A DNA stretch of 49,275 nt, filler included, from Catajapyx aquilonaris (taxonomy: Eukaryota), in NCBI GenBank assembly GCA_000934665.2. It is 3 parts of 3 records of this genome, joined end to end, with 100 filler letters (N's around TTAATTAATTAA, not from the genome) between each part and the next. Parts side by side here need not be neighbours in the genome. Positions count along the whole stretch, not along the records: positions 1 to 16,366 come from JYFJ02007221.1; 2 more parts are not named here. The stretch is one strand, 5' to 3'. The position numbers and the translations under genes were made by a program. Positions 1-13,900 of the stretch are shown here, piece after piece; the first letter of the stretch is position 1, and the number at the start of each line of letters is the position of its first letter. The notes under the pieces were generated by a model. It did no database searches, had not been told where the DNA came from, and saw nothing but the letters and a program-made list of their open reading frames with translations.

Positions 1-1183
1 GGTCACAAGGTCATTTTTATCAGGTAACTATAGGTGCGTTTTTCATCCCTTGGGGTGGGCTACCAATGCACCGAATTTCAAGAAAATCGGCGAGGTCATA
101 AAATTTCCGGAAAAGGGGGAAAATGGCCAATCTGGCCTGGATGACTGTGCCTGCAGGCAGCTATGGGGTCGCTGGAGAACTCAAGGCCCACCACCACGTT
201 AAGGTTAAGGCGGCGCATTAGTAAAAATACGGTAGGTGCATTTTTGAGGGGATTTTAAATTTTTGTGGCGAAACGCACCGTTAATCGGAAAAATCACGAA
301 GAAGGTGCCCTGCGCAAAGGTTTGGCCTTCACTATATGGTACCATACCCGATATGATTGCATTAAAATTGTGGACATACAGGCGCAGAAGCGTTCCTGAC
401 TTTGTCGCGTTTCCTGCCTCCATGTTATTCAAATGAGCTTTTGGGGAACGCCATTTTCCTTTCACTTCAACTCGATGAAAAGGTCACTTCTAGGCCGAAA
501 ATGGTAAAATGACGACGAAGGTGCCCTGCACCAGATCATGTCCTATTTTTTGGCGTAATTTCTGTGTCCATTGCACCATTTTTGCGCCCGTACGGCCGCA
601 GAAGTGTGGACAGGTCGAATCCCAATATGCTGCCCATGCATAAGCGAGTTTGTTTAGGTCGTCGCCAAGGCCTTCATTGTTACCGCATTTTTTTGCTAAT
701 GTGCCGGTGTAGATTACGGAACTGCTTGTTGACCGCGATGGAACGTCGTTGCCGTGGGAACGTGTTTTTTTGTTGTGTTTGTAATATAATGAAATATGGA
801 CAGTTAAATGTTGATTATTACGGAACGGGGATGGTGGGGGGGAGCGGGAGGGTGGTTGCATGGGACAGGAGGGGGGGGGGGAGCAGTTGGGAGGGGGCAA
901 TGTGGCCTTGGGCATTCAGTGAAGGAATGGGACGTGCGTTGCCCAGGTAACCCAAGACAGGTGATGTTTACAGCCAATTGCTCATTATTAGAAGAGTGTT
1001 CCAAAGTACTTTCCGCCTCCTGTGGCCAAGGATGACCTCGGAGGTCAATTCCAATGTGCTCAAAACCTTCCCAGTAAAAAACTACCCCTAGTGATACCCC
1101 TGGGGCATATGTGGAGGCCTCCGTATGGATCTCATGAGGTCACAACAGGACAGACAGATATACGTCGAGAAATATATATTAGA
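1..1183 (-). mobile_element. Non-autonomous Helitron-like element (5' end at ~1183; other end not located)
   Basis: The minus strand starts A|TCTAATATATATTTCTCGACGTATATCTGTCTGTCC, i.e. 5'-TC plus an AT-rich head plus (CTGT)n, typical of arthropod non-autonomous Helitrons. Internal direct repeat GAAGGTGCCCTGC at ~301 and ~517. No credible ORF. Confidence 0.5.
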
Positions 1184-1270
1184 TGTGATTAAAAATATAG
1201 TAGATGTAAAAATCGAAATTTAACAATTCATGCACCTTGACATGCCATCCTGGAGCCATTTCAAAGAATT

Positions 1271-1505
1271 GAGGAGCTCAGTGCAAAAAAGGGCCCATGC
1301 CACACAACCTAACTGCTGAGAAATGAAGCTGTACCACAAGAAGTTCTCCTTACATCCTGCTAGTAATGATTTTTTAATGGCTCCAGGACCCATCCAAACT
1401 CACGAAGGTTTCACATATCACTAACAGATAGTAGTAACTACACAATAGTGGAAAAATCTCATTTTCGCTTAGTGTGGGATGGGCCCTTCTTGCACCCAGC
1501 CCCTC
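1271..1505. mobile_element. Sola-like MITE
   Basis: Imperfect ~35-bp TIRs (GAGGAGCTCAGTGCAAAAAAGGGCCCAT... / ...ATGGGCCCTTCTTGCACCCAGCCCCTC), GAG...CTC termini, and a 4-bp AATT duplication at 1267-1270 and 1506-1509. Confidence 0.65.
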
Positions 1506-1913
1506 AATTGCTAATCGCCTAATGTTAGTCACAACTTGATTTTCACAATAAGGAAATAGGAAAAAAACTGAGTTTTACTGTTGCTTCTGATGTCATGAGC
1601 CACAATTGGATGGTGTTGTGCAATAATGAGAGAACCCACGTGAGAACAGTTTTGAGAAAAAGGGCCTTGAAGGTCATACCTGTGAAATTAATTCTGTATT
1701 ATTTTCGGTTATTTAGGCAGAAGTATGCAGATTTCACCACCTGGATTTTAACTGAATGAGGTACGATCCTTTGGGTGTATGTTCCTGGGCTTAACTCAAT
1801 TTTGACATTTTTGTGGGTTGGCCCATTATTGCATAACATCGTCCAATTAACTGTAAAAGTTATTGCAAGCAGCAACAAAAGTAATTCTGGCACACATTAT
1901 TTTCTTTCCATAC

Positions 1914-4900
1914 CAGCTTGTCATTAAGGAGCTGTGTGAAAGATATCACAGCCTTGTGTGTTGGCTTTTCTGTAGGTGATTGTACAAGGAGAACCCAGTG
2001 TGGAAGATTTCTGGCAAGCCTGAAAAGGTCATCATTAAAAATGTATGAAACAGGAAATAAATTGAGAAAAAAAAAATCCTAGCTTAGCTTTACCTAAACA
2101 TGTCTTCATCACTGCCTTGGAACTGGTCGTGTAACCACATTTCCGTGAACCAACTGTGTGCAGGAAGCAGCTTATGCATTTGAGGTTTACTAACCACTTC
2201 TAACAGAAGCATGTACAACAAGCCCTTAAATGGAAAATTCAGAGTGTCACTGCAGTCTTACAGCATAGAGAAAAAAAGTAGCAGAAAGGATGATGCTCCA
2301 AATTACCAAAGTGTCAGAGGAGTTTGATATTATTTGATGGGCAGCTGTACATAAAAACTGAATGAGAGTTTCTTGTGATTCCACATATTCTAAAACCATT
2401 CTGGACAAGTACTCCTGATGGTCTGCTACGCATTGAAACACACTTCCAGAAGGGCTTATGGTGAATTCAAATTGAAGCCACTCGGAAAGAGTCACCTACA
2501 ATAATAAATCAGATGTCATGTATTATCATGCCTAAAACACCAGGAAAAAGGTATGAAACTAAATTGGGAATTAATTGACATGATTGTGTGCTGTAATAAC
2601 TTAAGGCATATACCAGGGAGGCATGGTGGTCTATTGGTTACGCCACTGGCCAGCCAAGCTGGAGGTACTGGGTTCAAATTCCGTCCCCGTCACCTCTGCT
2701 TGGCTGGATCTTTTTCCGCTTTTCACCCGACATGCCGGGGCAGAATTGCACTCCCTACTCTGCCCAGGGCCAGGAGAAAAGGTCTAGTGTATTTCACAAA
2801 GTCAGAAATTACTAAAATTACAGCGCCCTCCCTTGGGAACCTCCCCTCCCGCCTAAAAGGGCTCCGTCCTATCAAGGGGTATTTTAAAAAATAATGTTTT
2901 TAAAAATTATAAAAAACTTAAGGCATATTAGGGTCATTCTCACGAAACAGGCCAAAGTGATGTCCTTTCGCCATATGTCAACAACATTATGCTCTTCACA
3001 CAGTTTCATATTTTATTTGGACAGCCCCTAAGGGGCCCAATGTAGGTAGCATATTTAAAAAAACAAATTTAGCATTTGCTTTAAAAATAAAAATTACCGT
3101 ATCAGTGAAATATCACTATTTCACTTGTCCCAATTTACATTTTCAGTACTACGATCTGCAATATATAGTGAAGTACAATAAGTATCAGTTTATTTTCGGA
3201 CAGAGCATGTTCTCCATTATTGAAAATGACGTCATGATGCATGAATGGTTGCAACTGATGAAACTACTCCGAACGGGTGAGCCTTATATGCTGTCCCACG
3301 TAAATCACGTCATTCCCTCACTTGCACCTATCAGGCCATATAACTTCCCACCTGATGAGTCGCATGTGTTCAAAACCCTGACTATCTGTTCTGGCAAGTC
3401 TTGTGAAGTAGCCCAACATGAGTCAGTCAGTCCCAAGTTGGCAGGGGAGATGCAGTGGAGCCTGCAAGCGAGGAAACTGATGCGTATTTAGCATAATCGT
3501 CATTCTTTTACCGCTCTGTAATGTACACTTAACCGTACCTTAATGGGGAAAAAACACCATGAATGGGTGCCTTTCATGTGAGTGGACATGATAGTATTCT
3601 TGTTTTGGTCAAAAAGTGCAAGCGCGCCAGTCAGGGGGCCATTTTAACTGAGGTCGTCATTCCCTTACCGTCATTCCCTTACCGTCATTCCTTTACCTTC
3701 CAGTGTTGGAAATCAGACAAACCATTATCTAAGACCATAGCTCCTGAACAGAACCGTTTAAGTATGTAAAAACATGTCTCCCAATGTTTTCGGGGGCTCT
3801 GATTTCGATTTTTAGGTTGTTTTTTAAAACCAAGACCTACAGGGTGTTCCAAAAATTTGCCACGGAATTTAAGAACTAGTAGAATCAATATTAAAATGTA
3901 GGTAATAACAATATAATTTCCGGGCATTTTCGCGTGTCTGATTTTGATTTCACGGTTATTTTGAACCAAGACCTACAGGGTGTACCAAAAACACTGTTGA
4001 ATGGGTCGAATGTGTAAGAGCTCTGAGAATAAATGGTATAAATAATTGCAAATAATGTTTTTAATTAATTCAGAGGTTATACGAAGTATTAAATCGTTAG
4101 GTAGGGGGCAGGCAAGAGGCTCGAAATACGGCAAGCTGGAATACGCCAACGTTACTTTTTCTGGAGGGGTGTGTTACCCCTCAGCAGTATGTTACGTCGG
4201 AGTGGCGTGCAAGAAAAGCTCAAAGCAGCATAACATAGGGGCCGTCACTGCTAAAAAAATAAGCAGCTTAGTGCAATATTTCCGATAATTGTTCGGACAA
4301 AAAAGTTGAGTCACCCTGTATAATTAGAGACAAAGATTTCCACTATCCAGGGTTCACAGGGGGAATTTTTTGCCTCAGAGAAGTGCCATTTAAAAAATCA
4401 TTTTGCGGCGTAACGTCCGTCTGTCGGCAACTAGTCAAAAAATGACACCTTTCCGCCTTCTTCTTGCAATAGAAAATTACACAATGAAGATAGGTAAACC
4501 ACTCACATATATGTAAGGTGGATTTAAACAAGCTTTCCAACGGTATATCACATTAATTGATTGGATCATTTGCCTGGGAGTTGTTTAGAGTCCAACACAG
4601 GGGCCTATATTAAATAAACGGATAGTAGTTCAAACCCTGTCAGTCTCTTTATTTGCATGCCATATGTGAAGTACAAAGTGATGGGCTGTGACAATATTTT
4701 TTTCTTCCTTATAGGGGACATGCCTTTCTCAGAAAAAATTACCACCACGATATCACGATTTTCAATATTTTTTAAAACTTTACCTCAGTTTGGCCTGTTT
4801 CGTGAGAATGACCCATTATACCATCCAACTGCTGTGTAGTTTGTGTGTGTATGGAGGGGGTGGGGGGTGGGAGGGGGGAACGTTTCGATATATCTTATAC

Positions 4901-7900
4901 CCAAAGGAACTATTTTCTGGGCATGCCAACAAATTCAGAAGCATCACATTTATAAAATTCAGATAAATATTAAGTGTAAATTTTTGACAGGGGAAAAGCA
5001 ATGATGTGCAAAAAAAGATGGCATTCATAATGAAACAACTGACAATCTTTCCTTTAAAATGGGACGAATAATGATTAATCATGTGGTACTATCAGTCCAC
5101 CAAGAATTGTCGCAGCGGTAGCGCACGAACTACAGTTACGAGCACTTCTGGGGGGGAGAAGTCAATGGAGAAGTGCTCGTAGACTGTAGTTCGTGCGCTG
5201 CCGCTGCGACAATTCTTGGTGGACTGATAGTACAAAAGGCCCTGTACCACATACAGGAAGTACCCATTTTACACCGGTAATTGGTTCCAGCAACATAGTG
5301 GCATAAAGTGAATCAGCATAAAGTGAAACAAAATTACAATGTAAGTAAATGAGATTGGTTCCAGAACATACAAAATTCTCCCAAACAGTACAGTGCTGGA
5401 CACATTAGCCATCGCTGAATGCTTTTTTTCCGTCGGCAACGGCGCTGCGTAACCTGGCAACCCCGTCCAGCGGGCCAATTCAAACATCGGCATATGGAGA
5501 GTGCTTCCATTGTTGCCACTGTTTACAAATCGAGTGAGTGACGCGGACGACCCAGCGACGGGTCTCTTCTGCCTGCTTACACAGTATCTGCAGGGATACA
5601 CAGGAGAAAACGAGAAAATAATGATGTTAGAAGCAAACCACGTTGGGAAAATTATCCCTGGACTCAAAGAAAGGTTTCCGTCCACAGCACACGAAATATA
5701 TTCCACCCCTGAGGAGGGGGTGTCAATGATTAAGATCAGGGGTGTGCTAATTCAAAGTCCGCCAACTGAACGGATTATTTCGGTTTTTGTGTCTTTTCCG
5801 CGCACTTCAACACCTCTAAGACGAATGGAGACCATGCCCCGTATGTCTGACACCACATCAGTCTCGTAATTTGTCCCCAAAAGACGTCATATCTCAAAAT
5901 GGCTTCCGCTGTTCCGCATATATACGAGTACATGTTGTTCACGTCAAGAGATACACGACTAACGCTTGTTGCAGGTGTTCATATTATTGTGTCCAACCCC
6001 TGTACGTGTCATGTTAGTCGTGTATCTCTTCCTGGCACGAATATGACTTGAACAACATGTACTTGTATATGCGGAACAGCCGAAGCCATTTTGAGATATG
6101 ACGTCTTTTGGGGACAAATTACGAGACTGATGTGGTGTCTGACATACGGGGCATGGTCTCCATTCGTCTTAGAGGTGTTGAAGTACGCGGAAAAGACACA
6201 AAAAAAAACGAAATAATCCGTTCAGTTGGCGCAATTTGAATTAGCACACCCCTGATCTTAATCATTGACACCCCCTCCTTAGGGGTGGAATATATTTCGT
6301 GTGCTGTGGACGAAAACCTTTCTTTGAGTCCAGGGATAATTTTCCCAACGTGGTTTGCTTCTAACATCATTATTTTCCCGTTTTCTCCTGCGTATCCCTG
6401 CAGATACTGTGTAAGCAGGCAGAAGAGACCCGACGCTGGGTCGTCCGCGTCACTCACTCGATTTGTAAACAGTGGCAACAATGGAAGCACTCTCCATATG
6501 CCAATGTTTGAATTGGCCCGCCAGACGGGGTTGCCAGGTAACGCAGCGCCGTCGCCGACGGAAAAAAAAACCATTCAGCGACGGCTAATGTGTCCAGGAC
6601 TGTACCAGTACTAATACAGGGTTATCAAAAAAGAATGTCCCAATTTTAAAACCCTATAACTCGAAAACTTGTAGACATATCTAAATTTTTATTTTTTATT
6701 TTTTTAAATTTTTCGTACCCCTTGATGGCCCTCTATGGGCCTTTCGGGGGGTGGCAGACCCCTATACAGTTTTCTAATTAGTTTTTCTTCGAATGACCGG
6801 TGCAAGGATTACTAGCAAATAGGGTAAAGGTTGGGGATGTGGGGAGAGGACACATGTGCAGGTGCATTGTCCAGCGGTGGGCCAGGTGCAGTCCCCCAGG
6901 AGGTCAGGTTGCCAAGACGCCTCTTTAGGCGCGGGTCACGACCCATTGACGCAAGCGAAAGGTTTGTTCCCGGGTGGGGATTTGAACCCAGGACCTTTCG
7001 CATAGCAAGGCGAGACGTTACCATCTCGGCCACCGTGCCTCCCCCTAGACATATCTAAATGATTTACGTTTTGAAATGCTAAGAAATGTCTAAAGTTTTG
7101 TTCTTACCATAGTTCGTTTCGATATGAGCTCCATTTGTTTCCTGGGTATTGTAAATACGCCAATTGGGGGAGGCGGAGTGGCGCTGCGGTAACGTATGCA
7201 CCCATGGATGTTAAGGTCCCGGGTTCGATCCCAGCCCGGGGACACCCCCTTCATCTCGTGCAGAGTTCAGGGTCACCTCTGGCTTCGTCTCGGGTGGTAT
7301 TTCCAACAGACTAAACCACCCGGGGGAGTTCACTAAAAATGGCCACGTTTAAGACATTGTACTGCACCTTGCACATCCCCTCCTGTCATCCTGCCCGTGG
7401 GCCCGGGCATTTCAAAAATACGGTCTATGTACTACAAGTTACAATAAATGTCCGTGCCGCATACCCTATATACATATAGGGCCAGGCACTACCCAAGAAT
7501 TATTATTAATTAATTATTATTAAATACGCCAATTGGTGTCGTGCCTAACCAGCTCCGACATGTCTGGCGTTACCGTTGCGATCTAATCCCATAGGTGCTG
7601 GAGATGCCCGATCTTTTCCCCATTCATGTATCTCAACAAAAAAGTCCATCGTGGTAAGATCTGTCCTTCTGAGAGGGGCTAGGCATAGGGAAACTCAAGG
7701 GGGTAGTCACTTCAGGAGCTGGTGTACACCCTCAATGGTGAGCCAGGGAGGGTCGGGGCAAAACGCGCCTTTGTTCCTCATCATTCCTCATCATATGACA
7801 TAGTTTGCCTTTGGCGGCGTTCCCCGGCTCTCCTAGGCTCTCCCAGCTCACCAACATGCTCATCAGTGAGTATACACTGGCTCACCCATGGTCTTACTGC

Positions 7901-10900
7901 CTCACGGATGACGGGGATAGCCGTGGAGGACCGCAGAGAGCCACAATTCAAGAGAGCCAGTGTACACTTTTTTGAGGAGTGACCACCCTCTTGGGGAAAC
8001 TTCTCATTAAAGAAGTCCCACACTGGGAGGCAGGTTTGTTTCATGGACGAGGCAGCTTTTTTATATTAGTCATCAAGAACAATGTGTGGTGTAAAGACCC
8101 ATCATCTCCAGCACCTACGGGATAGGATTGCAATGGTAACTCCAGATATGATCGAGCGTGTTTCGCATGACACCCATTACCGTCTTTTAAATCTGCCGAG
8201 GAACAGATGAAGCTCATATCGAAACAAACTATGGTAAGACCAAAACTTTTGACATTTAGTAGCATTTCAAAACTTAAATCATTTAGATATGTCTACAAGT
8301 TTTCGAGTTATATGGTTTTTAAATCGGGACATTATTTTTTAAGACCGTGTATTGCTGTTTTTAATGCTGAATATTTGAAACAGTATGAGTTTTATGACAC
8401 ACATTCTATGGGAGGCTCCAGGTTGAGTGTCACCTGGATCTGAGGGCTCCTTTCCCTTCTACGTCAAGAACTGCAATACACATAGCGACATAGGGTATTT
8501 AACTATGGTTAGAATACTTCAGGGATTGCCAAGACACACAATATATACTTTGTAGTACTCAATAAATCAACAGATCCTGCCACAAGGCACCACAAAATAC
8601 AAATGATGAGCCTTTACAGTTGTGTGTTTGGACTCGGAAGAGTGTTGCAGCGATGTGCTTATACTTTGAGTATGCTGTTATTTTCAAATTTTCCTATTAA
8701 AAATTTTCCAACCTGCATTAATGTAAAATTGCATAAAATGAAGTGGAATAAAATGAATACTTCCTGTATATAAAATTTTACTTACCCCATTGGGAGAATA
8801 TCAGCTCTCCTTTGGGGGGTGGAATACCACCATTTTTTCAAGTCAATTTTTCGGAAATTTTCTTCTAAAACCGTGCAGTGGAGAAAGGGAAATGGGGAGG
8901 GGAATTGGGATTTTTGGGGAGAGGACACAGGTGCAAGTGCAATGTCTGAAAAGGGTCATGTGCAGTCCCCCAGAAGGCTAGGTTGCCAAGACGCCTCCTT
9001 AGGCGCCAGTCAGAGACCCACTGACGCAGGCGGAAGGAACTCCCGGGCGGGGATCGAACCCGGGACCTTCCGCACAACAAGCCGAGACATTACCATCTTG
9101 GCCACCATGCCTCCCCCAATACTTCCTATAATCAGGTCACAACTCATTGTAAGTTTAAAAAATATATTATGAGGGTTGGATTTTAAATAGTGGCAATCCT
9201 GTTCCCCTTGCCCATGGCAACAGGGTTGTGGCTTCTGCCCAGGAAAAGCGAGCCAGACCGACGTGGGGCTTGTTCCTGTCAAGTTTGGACCCGATTGTGC
9301 TACTGGTGACAGTGACAGGGTAGTTCAAAGGGGACGCATCCTCGTGCACCGCCCTAAGCCATGGCATCGAAGTTAGAACAGCACTCTTGGTTGAAGATAG
9401 AGATGGCGAGGCAGGACTGTCAATGTCCAGTACTATCACGACTTCTCATGTCTGGAGAGTAGGGAGGGTAATCCAGTGTTTCTCATTGCCAACAAAGCAA
9501 CAACTCTCTCACTGCAGCGGCGCCATGGCAAGGCGTATTGTCGTGCAACACGATATAGTGATGGTGTTCAGGTAGTGCGGTCGCTCGCGTCGTATCGCTG
9601 CTCTCAGATGGTGTTCCAAGAAGTCGCGATAGTACTGGGCATTGACAGTCCTGCCCTCAGGTACAGCATGACACAATATGACACCAAGATTGCTGTTCTA
9701 ACTTCGATGCCATGGCTTAAGGAGGAGCACAAGTATGCAGCCCCTTTGAACTACCCTGTCACCATCACCAGTAGTAAATAGGGTCCAAACTTGACATGAA
9801 CAAGCCCCATGTCTGTCTGGATCCCCCTTCTTGCGCAGAAGCCACAACCCCATTTCCATGTGCAAGGGGAACAACGGTGCAAGGGGAACGAACAAGGTTA
9901 CCACTATTTAAAATCCAACCCTCGTATTTTTTCTCCCGATGTAAGTTGATTTATAAAAGAGGCTACATAGTAAATACTCACTGGACAGGTCTTCCTTAAA
10001 AAGCATGCCAAATTAGTTTCAAATGAAGATATTTCATTGATAAATCTGAAATGCTCATAAAGCAGCTGGAACTTGATGCAAGCTGGTCTGCAGAAGACCT
10101 CTGGCAAGCAATCCTGAGCACGTATTACTTGCTTCAAGTAGTGCACCAACAACCTGTGACAAGTAACATTTTGTGAATAAAAGTGCATTATTGCAATCCT
10201 ATCAATGTCTCCACACAACTCACTTAAAGCATACACGTGCACTGCGAGCTTCAGACACATCAAGTTTGATCATGATACCTTGTGTGACACACATCATATC
10301 ATATCCAATTATATGGACAGGTACAAACAGATTCTTACTGCAGGTCATGCAGTACAAAACAGTTGCCAGGTTCTCTGGAGTGCATCCTTCTTTTTCTGTC
10401 TGTATGTTCTCCCACAGGCAGGCATAGAGTGAGTGCTGCAGATTTCTATATGGTGTCATAGACTTGAAATAGTGATCAATTAGAAGCTGCGGATCACACA
10501 ATTGGGATAGCAGACTTATGAAACTGTTGAGCATCACTTCTGCTACCTGTAATTTTGTCACAATATCATACAGCTTTTTTGTCATTAGGAGAAAAAAAAT
10601 AGGAAAACTATGGATACCTTCCTATGCAGAGGTTCAACCTTATGCAAATCTTCCCATAAAATCCATTTCTTTCCATGCCTTGAACTGGTATCCAACTGAG
10701 AAAAATGGTCTGCCAGTTGATATGAAACATCTGAGAAAAAATTCTCTGCCTTGTCATTTTCTGGCATTCTGAATTGCAGCAGCTCCTCCAATTCTTTTAC
10801 AACAGTCCATAAATCTTCTTCATCCAAATCCTTCAACAAGATTAGCATGGCATTAACTTCATTGTTCCCAGTGACATACATGCATAGGTGTTCCTTTCTC

Positions 10901-13900
10901 AATGTCCATTCTACAGTCCATCTTTCTGTAAAACACAGCTCCCTCCTGCCACCATAGCTGAATCACACCCACTCTGGATCACTCACTTGAGTGCAATAAT
11001 AAGTTTGGAAAAAATGGAGTTGTCAAACATTTTTATAATTATTATTTCTGAAATACCATTTCTGACCCTCAAATCGCACTCAATTATCATGGTACGAGAT
11101 ACAGTGGGTGGATTCGTACAAGGTGGTGGGCGGGAGCTGCCTTTAAAGGCCCCTACACATGGTAGTGAAACACGCAGGAGAATTCACACGTGGGTGGGGC
11201 TAGATGCAAAAGTGCACAGTCTGTATCGGTGTAATTCATGGCTGCAGAATTTAAACTCTTCATGCACAGAATGAGGACAAGCTCTACTTTCCCCCGTGAA
11301 GCCCAAGTGACATCACAATTCAAGATGACCCCTTCTGGCCCAGTCACACTCTCAAGTCTGAAAGGGGGAGAAAGTGGCCTAATCCTTCCAGTCACTAGCC
11401 CCGCAGTCATTGCAGCAGGACCCATGGGGGCGAGCGGGTGGAGGCAGGACCCGGAAAAGCGGCTACTCGGCCTCCACGAACACATGCAGTTGATCATATG
11501 CCATCTCTTTTCCTTGTACGTCAAATGTGCTTTTCCAGTTAAAGGCCATAGCTAGCGTGCGCGATTGGATCCTCCCCATCCGTCAAATCCGCAAGCATGT
11601 TTCACTACCATGTATAGGGCCCTTAAAGAAAGATGGCCAATACAAGGCAAACCACCAGCATTCAAGCATGGCATTTTCTATGCACTTTTTTGAAACCTTG
11701 TGGGACTATTCAATCAGTCTGGGCTATTTGACCACACTGTGGCAACACAGCTGGTATATGAGATCATCGAGTTCCACCACAAACATCATCACCACCACAA
11801 ACACAATTATATTATCGCATTCCATAAGTACCACAAACAGTTTGAACATGAAATATTTAAACAAAATTTTCCTCAAAATTCAACATTTTCACATGATGTA
11901 AAAAAAACCTACTGCCTGACTTTGGATCTAAATAGTGCTTGAACTGTGAGAAAATTTTGGCAGACATACAGGATGGGGGGTTTGACCATACACTACCCCT
12001 CACGGTATGGCTAAGATATATTTGATTACTCATAATCAACTTAATTGAAAGTACCGTATATACCTTCATTCACTCGATGAACATATTGTACTTAGTCCAA
12101 TGGGTCTGTATGGGCACCATCGTGATCCCCACACAAAGTATTTTCCTCAATTTGACTGCATGGGTGAAGGTGCAATGTTGCAAACCGAAGAAAAAACCCA
12201 CAGAAATAGGCATAGCTGACTAAATATGGCAGGGGTACAGTGACTTCTGGGGTGTTACACTGGCCGAGGCCTTCTGCACTCTCGCTTGAGAGCGCAGAGC
12301 TGATGACGTCAAAATGACATAGGCTTCACGTTGCCTGATCTTGCTTGCTCGCCTCCCCCTGCCCAGCCTAAGTCATTTTGATGTCATCAGCTCCGGCGCT
12401 CTCGAGAGAAAGTGCGGAAGGCCTCGGCCAGTATATGGGTCCTGGCCCACCCTGTGCAAGATGCTATGTTCAGCAGGTAGTCACACTTGTCTGCAACTAA
12501 ATCCTCTGGCAATGGAGTGCATATGATGCAATGTGTGATTTCAAAATCACATTGCCATACAGATGAACCTATCACATTGGGCCTACCACTAGTAGCTTAC
12601 AGGGAGCCATGCATGATGGGGCAATCAAGCTATGGGACTTTTGTCAACTGCCAATTAGCAGGCAAACCCAACTTAAACTTAATGCAAAGTGGTTAAATGC
12701 TGTGAAGTTCAAACACTGAAAACATACGAGGGTTGTTCGGAAAAGGTCTGCACTCCATTATTGTCGCCGCATCCGTGGCTGCACGAAGTTGGCATTTGCC
12801 TCAACAGGGGGGCCCACTAGTACCCTACACTCTGTGTCAGAGTTACGGCGACCTAACCATAAAGGCCTTGCGCCAAAGTACCCTACACTCTGTAAAAAGT
12901 TTGTCATATTCACCGCATCAGGTCAGCGACAGTGCCACTTGAAACGCGGGAAGGTGTAGACTGGTGTGGACAAGATGGAAAGTGACTATCACAGCCAACG
13001 GTGGACAGCCTGGTTCTAGTGGAAAGAAGGTGCGACAGCTGCGGACATGCTGGAGGACATGCTGTGGACTGGCTGGAGCAGGGGTCCACTGTGAACAGTG
13101 CCACCTACTGCATCCTGCTGCGTCGTCTGCGTCGAAGGATTCAGCAACGGCGCAAGGGGAAATGGGTGCGAAAGGTGTTGCCCCTGCACGACAACACGCG
13201 GCCTCACACAAGTCGCGCAACGACACAATCACTGCTCGAGCTCGGTTACACTGTGTTGTCACACCCACCCTATTCCCCGAACCTGGCACTTTATGACTAT
13301 GGACTTTTCGACGAGATGAAGGAACCCCTCCGTGGACGAAGATTTGCCAATGCAGCTGAGCTCCAAGGAGCTGTCCATGACTGGGTGGTGAGGGCACCAA
13401 AAGACTGGTTCCGAGAGACGATCATGAAGTAGCCAGGAAGGTGGCAGCAGTGAATCGACCTCGGTGGAGAATACATTGAGGCAGCCCAAGTGTCATTTAG
13501 CCTCTGCAGATACATGTAGTGGCCAAAAAAATTCGAGTACAGATCATTTCCGAATGACCCTCGTATTTCTATGCGGTTACTTATTTCTGACTTTTTAGGA
13601 CTCATCCTGCAGAAGGACCAAACCCTTTCTTTGAGGAGCTAGACAGTCACAGACCCTTCACTGCAGAAAGTATGAATAGACTAGCCTTGTGACACTTACC
13701 GCCATGGTTTGTAACTGGTTCTCTCTCTCTTCCTGACTAGCAGCCAATTCTTGTAGTCTACTAGTCACATAGCGCTCAAATTCACAGATCCAACTTGGCA
13801 TGTACAATTCTGATGTTGTTGATAGCACATTGGGTAGTTGAGCTTCCAAGAAGTCTTTAGTTTCATATGGGATCATGTAACGTAGCGTGTCAGCCATAAG

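Larger units (their letters stand above)
6617..8349. mobile_element. Foldback Tc1/mariner derivative with transposase C-terminal remnants in both arms and two SINEs inserted
   Basis: TA|CAGGGTTATCAAAAAAGAATGTCCC ... GGGACATTATTTTTTAAGACCGTG|TA. The arms are complementary once the SINEs are removed. The plus strand at ~8100-8220 reads HLRDRIAMVTPDMIERVSHDTHYRL, then after a frameshift ICRGTDEAHIE. The minus strand at ~7640-7680 is a degenerate PRSPDLTPMDFF motif. Confidence 0.75.

Noticed and set aside
5269..6614. Duplicated protein-coding genes on opposite strands
   Set aside because: These are mirror ORFs created by the inverted arms of a TA-flanked foldback element, with no recognisable domain.
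6960..7245. Functional tRNA genes
   Set aside because: The A/B boxes are followed by SINE bodies, tails and TSDs, with no complete cloverleaf or Pol III terminator at the tRNA end.
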